Below are positions 18,982-27,837 of a stretch of DNA of 64,000 nt, in pieces. Source of the DNA: Rubrimonas sp. Lineage in GTDB: Bacteria > Pseudomonadota > Alphaproteobacteria > Rhodobacterales > Rhodobacteraceae. Under the pieces are notes generated by a model, which did not search any database, was not told where the DNA came from, and saw only the letters and a program-made list of their open reading frames with translations. Made by a program: the position numbers and the translations under genes. Every line of letters starts with the position of its first letter. Position 1 is the stretch's first letter. Location of the stretch: assembly GCA_036770645.1 (NCBI GenBank), contig DAIPIU010000002.1:4076-68075 (forward strand), in the 5' to 3' direction.

Positions 18982-20328
18982 TCAGGCCCGGGCCACCCCG
19001 GTGAGGCGTTCGGTGACGGCGGGCGCCGCTGCGACGGCCCGGGCGATCACCTCGGCCGCGCGCTCGATCTGGTCGGCCGTGTGTTCGGACGTCGCGAACA
19101 GGCGCAGGCGGGCGCGGCGCTCGGGCACCGCGGGGTGCATGATCGGCGGGGCGCAGACGCCGGCGGCGAAGGCCCGGTCGGCGACGACGGCCGTGGTCGG
19201 GCTGTCGCCCAGCACCACGGGCGCGACCGCTAGGCCCTGGCTGAGGCCGGTGTCGAGGCCCCGCGCCTCGAGCGCCGCCTTCAGCAGCCGTCCGTTCTCG
19301 GCGAGGCGCGCGACGCGCTCTGGCTCGCGCCGCATGACCGCGAGCGCGGCCTCGGCCGCGGCGGCCAGCGGCGCGGACAGGCCAACCGAAAACACGAAGC
19401 CCGGCGCGCGCGCCTTGAGATAGCCGATCAGCGCCGCGGACCCCGCGATGTAGCCCCCTGTCGAACCGAGCGTCTTCGACAGCGTGCCCATCCAGATCTC
19501 GACCGAGGCCGGATCGACGCCCTGCGCCTCGGCGATCCCGCGCCCGGTCGCCCCGAGCACGCCCAGCGCATGCGCCTCGTCCACCATCAGCCAGGCGTCA
19601 TGGGCGGCCTTCACCTCGACGAAGCGGCGCAGGTCCGGCGCGTCGCCGTCCATGCTGTAGAGTCCCTCGATCACCACCAGCACGCGGTTGAACTCGCCGC
19701 GCAGGCGCGTCAGCGTCGCGTCCAGCCATTCGGCGTCGTTGTGCGGCATGGTCAGCCGCCGCGCCCCGGAGATGCGCGCGCCCTCGAGCGCCGAGTTGTG
19801 CACCAGCTCGTCGGTCACGATCAGGTCGCCCTGGCCGACCAGCGCCCCGATGGTGGTGACGTTGGTGGCGTGGCCCGAGACCATGACCACCGCGTCCTCG
19901 GTCCCCGTGGTCTCGGCCAGCGCGGCCTCGAGGCTGCGGTGGAAGGGGCGCTCGCCCCCCACGACGCGCGAGGCCGAGCACGAGACGCCATAGGTCGCGA
20001 TGGCGGCGGCGGCGGCGGCGCGGACCTCCGGGTGGCGGTTCAGCCCGAGATAATCGTAGGACGCGAAGTTGATCCGTTCGGCCCCGTCGATCATCGCCAT
20101 GGGACCGGCCTCGCCGCTGAGCGTGCGGAAATAGGGCGAGCCCACGCCCAGAACGGCCGCCGCGGCGCGCTGGATCTCGAGTTCGCGCGCGCCCGGCAGG
20201 GTGGCGAAGTCGAAGGCGCGCACCGCCGCCCGCGCGTCGGAGGCCGCGGCGGGCGCTGCGCGCCGGCGGGCGCGATGGGCCGCGCGCAGGCTCTCGACGA
20301 GGGCCGCGGGATCGGTGGGTCGGCTCAT
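18982..20328 (-). CDS. Alpha-oxoamine synthase family PLP enzyme (8-amino-7-oxononanoate synthase / serine palmitoyltransferase-like), PKS-coupled
   Basis: 448 aa with INFASYDYLGL, SGHATN, MVDEAHALG and GTLSKTLGSTGGY (PLP Lys). The ATG overlaps the PKS stop (ATGA at 20325-20328). It carries a ~60-aa N-terminal extension relative to BioF-sized enzymes. Confidence 0.9.
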   Translation of the reverse strand: MSRPTDPAALVESLRAAHRARRRAAPAAASDARAAVRAFDFATLPGARELEIQRAAAAVLGVGSPYFRTLSGEAGPMAMIDGAERINFASYDYLGLNRHPEVRAAAAAAIATYGVSCSASRVVGGERPFHRSLEAALAETTGTEDAVVMVSGHATNVTTIGALVGQGDLIVTDELVHNSALEGARISGARRLTMPHNDAEWLDATLTRLRGEFNRVLVVIEGLYSMDGDAPDLRRFVEVKAAHDAWLMVDEAHALGVLGATGRGIAEAQGVDPASVEIWMGTLSKTLGSTGGYIAGSAALIGYLKARAPGFVFSVGLSAPLAAAAEAALAVMRREPERVARLAENGRLLKAALEARGLDTGLSQGLAVAPVVLGDSPTTAVVADRAFAAGVCAPPIMHPAVPERRARLRLFATSEHTADQIERAAEVIARAVAAAPAVTERLTGVARA

Positions 20329-23300
20329 TCGATATCCTCTGCGACGGCCGGGGCGCCGGCCGCGCCCAGCCTTTCGGTGACGCGCGCCACGGCCTCCGGC
20401 CCGAGATGGCGCGCGGCGACGGCGGCAACGGCCGCCTGGGGGTCGCCGTCATCGTCGGTCGCCCCGCCCTCGCGCAGCTGCCCAGCGACGCGCGCGGCGA
20501 GCGCCGCCAGCGTCGCGCCCTCGGACAGCGACAGGACGGGCAGGCTGGCCCCGTATTTCTCCTCGAAGGACAGCTTGAGTTCGACGGCCATCAGGCTGTC
20601 GAAGCCGAGTTCGGCCATCGGGCGGTTCGGGTCGATCTCGCCCGGGTCGAGCCGCAGGATGGTGGCGGCCTCGGCGGCGAACAGGGCGACGACGGCGCGC
20701 ACCGCACCCCCCTCGTCCAGCCCCCGCAGCCGCGCCCGCAGGTCCATCCCCTCCGCCCCCGGCTGGGCCGTTCCGAGGCTGAGGTCCAGACGTTCGGTCA
20801 GCCCGCCCTCCAGCGTGCGCAGCGCGCCGGCCAGCGCGCCCCAGCGCACCCGGCCGATCGCCAGCGCCGCGTCGCCCTGCCCCTGGCCCGCCACCGCGGC
20901 CTCGAGCGCATCGAGCGCCGCCTGCGCGGCCATCGGCATCGCCCCCTGCCGTTCGAGCCGCAGGCGGGCATCGGCGTCCTCCGCCAGCATGCCCGCATCC
21001 GCGACGGGACCGAAGGCCAGCGCCAGACCTGGGCGACCCTCGGCCAGCCTTGCGGCGGCCAGCGCCTCGAGACCCGCATTGGCCGCGACATAGGCAGCCT
21101 GACCCGGGTTGCCGATCCAGGCGGCGAGCGAGGAGAACAGCAGGAAATGCCCGACCTTCGGGCCGCTGCGCGCCCGCTCGGCCGCGTCGAGCGCCAGTGC
21201 GCCGTCGAGTTTGGCCCGCAGCGCCGCCCGCGCCGTCACAGGGTCGAGCCGGTCCAGCAGCGCGTCCGAGGGCAGCGTCGCCGCATGGGCGATCCCGCCC
21301 AGCGGCGTCCCCGACGCGTCGATCTCGGCCATCAGCGCCGCGACGGCCGACGGATCGGCCGCGTCGCAGGCCCGCGCCACGACCCGCGCGCCCGATGCCG
21401 CGAGCCGCGCCCGCGCCGCGGGATCGAGCGTTCCCGTCCGCGACACCAGCCACAGCGCCCCCGCGCCGCGCAACGCCAGCCTTTCCGCCAGCGCAAGGCC
21501 GAAGCCCCGCGTGCCGCCGGTCACGAGCCAGGCGCGGTCCGGCCGCGCCAGCGGGGCGCGCGTCGCGGGGGCCTCCGGGGCGGCGGGCGGCAGCACCACG
21601 ATCTTGCCGATATGCCCCGAGCGCTGCATCAGCCGGAAGGCTTCGCGCACCTCTGTGCCGCCCACCGCCTGGAACGGCGGGGCGGCAAGGCCGCCGCTCG
21701 CCGCCTCGGCCGCCAGCGCGTCAAGCAGCGGGCGCGCGGAACCGGGGCGCGCCTTCAGCATGGCGTCGAGGTCCACGCCGAAATAGGACACGTTGCGCCG
21801 CAGGGGCCGCAGGCCGACGCGCGCATTGGCGTAGAAGTCGCGCTTGCCCAGTTCCACGAAGCGCCCGAACGCCCTGACGCAGCCGAGGCTGCGCTCCATC
21901 GCCTCGCCCGACAGGCTGTTGAGCACGACGTCGACGCCCTCGCCCCCGGTCGCCGCCATCACCCCGTCGGCGAAGTCGAGCCCGCGGCTGTCGAAGACGC
22001 GCTCCGCCCCCAGCAGCGTCAGCAGACGGCGCTTGGCCGGCGAGCCGGCGGTGGCGAACACCCGTGCGCCGCGCGCGCGCGCGATGCGCAGCGCCGCGAG
22101 GCCCACGCCCCCGGCGCCGCCATGGATCAGCACCGTCTCGCCGGATTCGAGCCTGCCGAGATCGACCAGCGCCCGCCAGGCGGTCGCGAACACCACCGGC
22201 AGGCTGGCCGCGGCTGCGGCGTCGAGACCCTCGGGCGCGCGCACGGCGGCCGCCGCGGCCATCACCGCATGGGTCGCGAGCGCGGAGGCCGCGAAGCCCG
22301 TCACGCGTTCGCCCTGCGCGAAGCCTGCGCCCGGCCCCGCTCGGGTCACGACGCCCGCGCATTCCATCCCCAGCCCTGCGCCGGAAAAGCCGTCCTCCAC
22401 CGCCTCCTCGGGCAGCAGGCCCATCGCCCACATCACGTCGCGGAAGTTCAGGCCCGCCGCTTCGACCGCGATCTCGATCTCGCCCGGGCCGGGCGCGCGC
22501 CGGGCGACCGGGGCCCAGCGCAGGCCTTCGAGGCCGCCCCCGCCATCGGCATCGAGCCGAAGGGCCGGCGGTTCGGTGCCGCCGAGCGCCGCGACGGCTG
22601 CGGATCGCGCGACATCGGCCGCGGCCTCGATCCGCGGGGCGGACAGCCCGCCGGGTCCGGCCTCGGCCTCGGTCTCCGCGCCCTCCGCCGTCAGCGCCGC
22701 AAGCGCGGCCACGGCCGCGGCCGGCGCGTCGAGGGCGGCGTCGAGGTCGAGCGCGCGCAGGTCGAGGTCGGGGCGTTCGTTCGCCGCCACGCGCACGGCC
22801 CCGCGGAGGGCCGCCGTCACGGGGCTCCGCGCGGCGCCGCGGGTCAGCACCAGCAGTCGCGAGGGCCGAGCCGCCAGCGCCGTTCGCAGCCTCGACAGCC
22901 CCGCCGTCACCGCCTCCGACGCCGCCGCGCCGTCGCCTCCATCGAGCAGCAGCACGAGCCAGCGCGCGTCGGCCCCCGTCTCGCCGGGGCCCGACAGGCG
23001 CGCCGCGCCCCCGCTGTCGGAGACGAGCGCCGCGAGCGCCCTTGCGTCGGGCATCCGGCCGGAGCCGGTCCAGATGACGGTCTCGCCCGGCGCGACCGGG
23101 CGCGCCGCCTGACCCGCGGCGGCCCGCGCCACGAGGACCGGCGTCGCCGGTCCCTCGATGGCGAGCCAGCCCGCCGACGCCTCCGCATAGCCGGCCGCGC
23201 GTGCCGCGGCGGTCAGCGCCGCCGGATCCGCCGCGCCGGCCGCCGCATCGGCCCCGTCGAGCGCGTCGAGCAGGTCGCGCAGCAGGTCCGTTCCCGTCCC

Positions 23301-26300
23301 CGCGAGCAGCAGCGTCGCCCCCGGCCGCAGCGCCCCCGCGGCCATCCGAAGCGCCGCGGCGCCTGCGGGGATCGCACCCGGATCGGCGAGAACAAGGTCG
23401 AAGTGACCCCGCTGGGACGCCGCGGCCCGCAGCGCCTCCGGTCCGTCGACCCGCTCGACGCGCGAGGCCCCCGCGGCGCGCAGGCCGTCCTCGGCCCGGT
23501 CCGGCGCGGTGCCTGCCAGCGCCACGTCGAAAGGCGCAGCATCCAAAGGCGCCCCCGCCGCCGCCCGCCGCGCCATGTCCGCGGCCGCGCGGAGCAGCGC
23601 CTCCCACGCGCCGGCCGGCGGCGCCGTCCGCGCGGGGGCGGGCGCGGTCGCGGCGGCGCCGGGTTCGAAGGCCGCGACAAGCCGCAGAAGGCGCGCCAGA
23701 TCGACGGCGCGCCCCGGGGCCTGCGCCGTCAGGGCTTCGACCAGCAGGTCGAGGCCCGGTGCGGGCGGGATCGCGCCCGGCTGGTCGGCGGCCGGATCGT
23801 AGGCCCCGTCCTCTGCGAGCGCGGCGAGGCCGCGTTCGAGCGCGCGCCGCTGGCCCTGTCCCAGCAGGCGGCGCGCGCGCAGCCCGACGCCGCCCGCAGG
23901 GGCGAGATCGCCCGCCACGTCCCAGATCAGGCGGCGGCAGGCCGCGTCGAGCAGCAGCGTGCCCGCATCGGGCTCGGGCGCCTCGGCCGCGGCCAGCCCA
24001 AGCGCGGCGAGGCGGTCGAGGTCCATGGGCACCGGCAGGGCGTCGGCCGGGCCGGAAAGCGGCCGCGCGACGCGCCGCCAGATCGGCTCGGCCGACGCCG
24101 CGCCGCGCCCGATGCGCACCGCCGCGAAGCGCACGCCCTCGGCGCTCGCGACCGCCTCGCCGTCGGACCCGCGCAGCACGAAACGCGCCTCGACCGACCG
24201 CGCGCCGATCCGCGTCACCGACGCCTCGGCGCTGGCCGGCGCCGCGCCGGGCCGGTGCAGCGTCAGCCTGCCGATGCGCACCGGCAGATGCGTCATGCCG
24301 CGCCGCGCCGCGCCCGGACCGCCGGCCAGCGCCGCCGCCACGAGGTGGAAGGCCGCGTCGAAGGCGGTCGGGTCGAGCATCCAGCCCGTGTCCGCGCCGG
24401 GGGCGGTCAGCGCGGCGACGGCGCGTCCGGCTTCTGCGACGACCGCGCCCGCCCTGCGGAACCGCGGCCCGTAGGCGAGGCCGAGCGCGGCCAGCCCGTC
24501 ATAGAGCGCCGCGTCCGGCATCTGCGCGAAGGCGACGGGCGGCACGCCCCGGGGCGCGGCGGACGGCGCGCGGCGCAGGACGCCCGCCGCATGCAGGGCC
24601 CACGCATCGTCCCGCAGATGCGCCCGGCCCTCGATGCGCAGCACGCCCGCGGCGGCATCCACCGCTGTGCGCAGTTCGATCCGCGCCCCGGCCTCGAGCG
24701 AGACGGGGCGCGTCAGGTCGAAGTCGCACAGCTCCAGCGGACCGTCGCCCAGCGCCTCGGCCCCGGCGGCGAGCGCCATCTCGACCAGCGCGGCGGCTGG
24801 CACCGCCGGCGCGCCGTCGACCACGTGATCGGCGAGCCAGGGTTCGAGCGTCGCGTCGAGGGTCAGCCGCCAGGCCGTGGAGTCCGGCGTCGGCCGCCAG
24901 CCCAGCAGCCGCCGCGGCGCGGGCGTGCGCAGCACGTCGATCCTCTCGGGCGTGGCCTGGATCGCGTGGGCCGTCTTGCGCCACGGATAAGACGGCGGAT
25001 CCGCGGCCAGAGCCGTGGGCGCGCCGAAGAAGGCCGCGTCGTCGATCGCCCCGCCCGCCGCGAGCGCGCGCGCGACGATAAGGCCGATGTCCTCGGCCCC
25101 GTCGCCCTGCCGGCGCAGCCCGGGGATCGCGGCGAAGGCGGCCCCCCGCGCGGCGAGCGTGTCCGACACATAGTTCACGAGCGTCGGCTGCGGCCCGATC
25201 TCTAGGAACACGCCGCAGCCGATTTCGGCCAGCGCGCCGACCGCCTGGCGGAACAGCACCGGTTGGCGGGCGTTGCGCCACCAGTATGCGCCGTCAAGGG
25301 CCTCGCCGGGCAGGACACGGCCCTCGGTCGTCGAGACGAAGGGGATCCGCGCCGGTCCCGGGGCCAGATCGGCGAGTTCGCTCAGCAGCGTCTCGCGGAT
25401 GCGCTCCATCTCGGGGCCGTGGAACGGATAGTCCACCTTGAGCCGGCGCATGGCGACGCGCGCCGACCTGCCGGCGGCTAGCAGCGCCTCGACCGCCTCG
25501 GCCGGGCCGGTGACGGTGGCGCCGCGCGGGCTGTTGTCGGCGGCGATGTCGAGGCCGTCGATGCCGGCGGCGGCGATGAGGCGCCGCGCTTCGTCGGCCG
25601 AGGCCAGCACCGCGGCCATCGACCCGGTGCCATAGAGCGGTCCCTGCCGGCGCGCGCGCCGCACGCACAGCCGCGCGGCCTGTGCGCGGCTCAGCGCCCC
25701 GCTGGCCCAGGCGGCGCCGACCTCGCCGACGCTGTGGCCCGCGACCGCCGCCGGCCGGAGCCCGCGCGCCGCCAGCGCGTCCGCCAGCGCGGCCTGGATG
25801 GCGAACAGCAGCGGCTGCGCGACCGTTGCCCGGCTCAGCCGGTCGGCGAGATCGGGGCGCGACAGCTCGTCGAGCAGGTCGGTTCCGCCCTCGGCCAGCA
25901 CGCAGGACGCGGTCGCGTCGAACGAGGCGCGGAAGGCGGGGTCGGCCGCATAGGCCGCCCGGCCCATTCCCGCGAACTGGCTGCCGTTGCCCGAGAACAC
26001 GAAGGCCACCGGCGCGGCGGTCCCGGCGGCCGCGGCATCGGCGGCGACGCGGCCCTCGCCGCGCCCCTCGGCCCAGGCCGCCACCGCGCGGCGCCGCGCC
26101 TCGGGGTCGGTTTCGGTCACGACCAGCCGGCGCGACAGCCGCGCGCGGCGATGCGCGGCCGCGGACACCAGGGCCGCCGTCTCTGCCGGTTCAGCGGCGG
26201 CCAGGCGATCCGCCCAGCGGGCGGCCAGCGCGCGCAGCCCGTCCTCGGTCGCGGCGCTGAGGATCAGGGGCGCCGACGGGTCGGGCGCCGCGGCGCCGGC

Positions 26301-27611
26301 CGCCGGCGCGGCCTCGGCGGCGCTCGGCTGGCGGATCGCGACATGGGCGTTGGCCCCGCCGAACCCGAAGGAGTTGACCCCCGCCACCCAGGGCGCGTCG
26401 CGCGGTGGCAGCGGCGCGCGCGCGCCGGCCGGCGCGATGTTCAGCGCCTCGAACGGGATCGCAGGGTTCGGTTCGCGAAGGTGCAGCGTCGCGGGCAGCA
26501 TCCCGCGCTCGAGCGCCATCTGCGCCTTGAGCAGCCCCACCAGCCCCGAGGCGGGCTCGAGATGGCCGACATTGGATTTCGCCGAACCGACGGGCAGGGG
26601 GCGCGCGCGGTCCCCCCCCAGCGCCGCGCCGATGGCGCCGGCCTCGATCGGATCGCCCACCGCCGTGCCGGTGCCGTGCGCCTCGACGAAGGCCAGATCG
26701 TCCGCCCGCACGCCGGCGCGCGCATAGACGGCGCGCATCAGGTCGGCCTGCCGGGCGCCGTTGGGGATCGACAGCGCGCCGGCGCGGCCGTCGCTGTTGA
26801 CGGCCGAGCCGACCACGACGCCGCGCACGGGGTCGCCCGCCGCCTGCGCGGCCCCGAGCCGCCCCAGCACGAAGGCGACCGCCCCCTCGGCGCGCACATA
26901 GCCGTCGGCGGCGCCGTCGAAGGGCCGGCAGAGGCCTGTCGGCGACAGCATGCCGGCCCGGCTGAAGCCGATGAAGGGCATCGGCGTCAGCAGCAGGTTC
27001 ACGCCCCCGACGATGGCGATGTCGACCTCGCCCGCCTCCAGCGCCTTGCAGGCGGCGTGGAAGGCGAACAGCGACGAGGAGCATGCAGTGTCGATCAGGT
27101 AGCTCGGGCCCTGCGCGTCGAGCACGAAGGACAGGCGGTTCGGAATGATGCTGAGCGTGTTGCCAAGCATGAACTGGGCGTCGGCCGAGGCCGGATCGCC
27201 CGCCTGCCGGTTGCCGTAATCCAGCCCCGAGGCCCCGACATAGACGCCCGTGCGCGGGCCCGCGAGGCGCGCCGGCGTCAGCCCGGCATGCTCGATCGCC
27301 TCCCAGGCGACCTGCAGGATCAGCCGCTGCTGCGGATCCATCTGCGCCGCTTCGCGCGGCGAGATGCCGAAGAAGCCGGCGTCGAAGCCGAACGGATCGG
27401 CCAGCAGCCCCGCCGCAGCCGTGTAGGTGCGCCCGGTGGCGGCGCGGTCGGGATGGACGAAGGCGCGCGGATCCCAGCGGTCCGGGCCTACGGCGCCGAC
27501 CGAGCAGCGCCCTTCGTCGAGCAGGGTCCAGAACGCCGCGGGGTCGTCGGCACCGGGCAGGCGGCAGCCGTATCCGAGAACGGCGACGCCAGGCTCTCCG
27601 CCGGTGTCCAC
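20325..27611 (-). CDS. Single-module, fully reducing type I polyketide synthase: KS-AT-DH-(pseudo-MT/pseudo-KR spacer)-ER-KR-ACP, no TE
   Basis: Numbering follows the 2553-aa track ORF. KS: DTACSSS (C302), EAHGTGT, KSNVGHLE, ~26328-27587. AT: GHSVGE (S752), ~25152-26012. DH: HVVDGAPAVP (H1054) and DPTAFDAAFH, ~24117-24929. ER: LIHGGAGGVGLAA, ~21588-22559. KR: VTGGTRGFG and GQAAYVAANA, ~20982-21533. ACP: GFDSLMAVEL (S2464), ~20487-20714. The start is set at GTG 27611 (GAGGGG SD 9 nt upstream, and codon bias changes there). Alternative ATGs are at 27767 and 27788. The track start 27986 overlaps the upstream gene. Confidence 0.9.
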   Translation of the reverse strand: MDTGGEPGVAVLGYGCRLPGADDPAAFWTLLDEGRCSVGAVGPDRWDPRAFVHPDRAATGRTYTAAAGLLADPFGFDAGFFGISPREAAQMDPQQRLILQVAWEAIEHAGLTPARLAGPRTGVYVGASGLDYGNRQAGDPASADAQFMLGNTLSIIPNRLSFVLDAQGPSYLIDTACSSSLFAFHAACKALEAGEVDIAIVGGVNLLLTPMPFIGFSRAGMLSPTGLCRPFDGAADGYVRAEGAVAFVLGRLGAAQAAGDPVRGVVVGSAVNSDGRAGALSIPNGARQADLMRAVYARAGVRADDLAFVEAHGTGTAVGDPIEAGAIGAALGGDRARPLPVGSAKSNVGHLEPASGLVGLLKAQMALERGMLPATLHLREPNPAIPFEALNIAPAGARAPLPPRDAPWVAGVNSFGFGGANAHVAIRQPSAAEAAPAAGAAAPDPSAPLILSAATEDGLRALAARWADRLAAAEPAETAALVSAAAHRRARLSRRLVVTETDPEARRRAVAAWAEGRGEGRVAADAAAAGTAAPVAFVFSGNGSQFAGMGRAAYAADPAFRASFDATASCVLAEGGTDLLDELSRPDLADRLSRATVAQPLLFAIQAALADALAARGLRPAAVAGHSVGEVGAAWASGALSRAQAARLCVRRARRQGPLYGTGSMAAVLASADEARRLIAAAGIDGLDIAADNSPRGATVTGPAEAVEALLAAGRSARVAMRRLKVDYPFHGPEMERIRETLLSELADLAPGPARIPFVSTTEGRVLPGEALDGAYWWRNARQPVLFRQAVGALAEIGCGVFLEIGPQPTLVNYVSDTLAARGAAFAAIPGLRRQGDGAEDIGLIVARALAAGGAIDDAAFFGAPTALAADPPSYPWRKTAHAIQATPERIDVLRTPAPRRLLGWRPTPDSTAWRLTLDATLEPWLADHVVDGAPAVPAAALVEMALAAGAEALGDGPLELCDFDLTRPVSLEAGARIELRTAVDAAAGVLRIEGRAHLRDDAWALHAAGVLRRAPSAAPRGVPPVAFAQMPDAALYDGLAALGLAYGPRFRRAGAVVAEAGRAVAALTAPGADTGWMLDPTAFDAAFHLVAAALAGGPGAARRGMTHLPVRIGRLTLHRPGAAPASAEASVTRIGARSVEARFVLRGSDGEAVASAEGVRFAAVRIGRGAASAEPIWRRVARPLSGPADALPVPMDLDRLAALGLAAAEAPEPDAGTLLLDAACRRLIWDVAGDLAPAGGVGLRARRLLGQGQRRALERGLAALAEDGAYDPAADQPGAIPPAPGLDLLVEALTAQAPGRAVDLARLLRLVAAFEPGAAATAPAPARTAPPAGAWEALLRAAADMARRAAAGAPLDAAPFDVALAGTAPDRAEDGLRAAGASRVERVDGPEALRAAASQRGHFDLVLADPGAIPAGAAALRMAAGALRPGATLLLAGTGTDLLRDLLDALDGADAAAGAADPAALTAAARAAGYAEASAGWLAIEGPATPVLVARAAAGQAARPVAPGETVIWTGSGRMPDARALAALVSDSGGAARLSGPGETGADARWLVLLLDGGDGAAASEAVTAGLSRLRTALAARPSRLLVLTRGAARSPVTAALRGAVRVAANERPDLDLRALDLDAALDAPAAAVAALAALTAEGAETEAEAGPGGLSAPRIEAAADVARSAAVAALGGTEPPALRLDADGGGGLEGLRWAPVARRAPGPGEIEIAVEAAGLNFRDVMWAMGLLPEEAVEDGFSGAGLGMECAGVVTRAGPGAGFAQGERVTGFAASALATHAVMAAAAAVRAPEGLDAAAAASLPVVFATAWRALVDLGRLESGETVLIHGGAGGVGLAALRIARARGARVFATAGSPAKRRLLTLLGAERVFDSRGLDFADGVMAATGGEGVDVVLNSLSGEAMERSLGCVRAFGRFVELGKRDFYANARVGLRPLRRNVSYFGVDLDAMLKARPGSARPLLDALAAEAASGGLAAPPFQAVGGTEVREAFRLMQRSGHIGKIVVLPPAAPEAPATRAPLARPDRAWLVTGGTRGFGLALAERLALRGAGALWLVSRTGTLDPAARARLAASGARVVARACDAADPSAVAALMAEIDASGTPLGGIAHAATLPSDALLDRLDPVTARAALRAKLDGALALDAAERARSGPKVGHFLLFSSLAAWIGNPGQAAYVAANAGLEALAAARLAEGRPGLALAFGPVADAGMLAEDADARLRLERQGAMPMAAQAALDALEAAVAGQGQGDAALAIGRVRWGALAGALRTLEGGLTERLDLSLGTAQPGAEGMDLRARLRGLDEGGAVRAVVALFAAEAATILRLDPGEIDPNRPMAELGFDSLMAVELKLSFEEKYGASLPVLSLSEGATLAALAARVAGQLREGGATDDDGDPQAAVAAVAARHLGPEAVARVTERLGAAGAPAVAEDIE

Positions 27612-27707
27612 GTCAATCCACCCCTCAGGCAATCCGGCGTCCCCAATCTGTCGGTTGAAGGACAGCCTCGATCGGCCCCTCGCAGCAGGCCCTCCCCCAG
27701 CCTCAGT

Positions 27708-27736
27708 TGTATCGCGAACGCCCGCGGCGCCGTCAA
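27708..27736 (-). promoter_or_regulatory. Candidate sigma-70-type promoter for the PKS-AONS pair
   Basis: On the minus strand, TTGACG (27736-27731), a 17-nt spacer, then GATACA (27713-27708). It sits in the 226-nt less GC-rich gap upstream of GTG 27611. This is pattern match only. Confidence 0.3.
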
Positions 27737-27837
27737 TGGCGGCATGGATGCGGCGCAGAAAAGGCATGCCGCGGCGCCGAAGGCGCATGGCGCGCCGCCG
27801 CAACGCGCGCCGCCGGGCGGCGTTGCCGCCGGGGCGA

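Noticed and set aside
18982-20328. Annotating the AONS-family gene simply as bioF (biotin synthesis)
   Set aside because: There are no bioA, bioD or bioB neighbours. The start overlaps the PKS stop, and there is an N-terminal extension. Context favours a PKS off-loading enzyme, although family membership alone cannot exclude BioF activity.
20406-25205. A 1599-aa plus-strand ORF, plus several 200-600-aa ORFs in other frames across 20.3-28 kb
   Set aside because: All overlap the PKS, whose seven domains carry intact catalytic motifs in a single minus-strand frame. The shadow ORFs have no recognisable domains.
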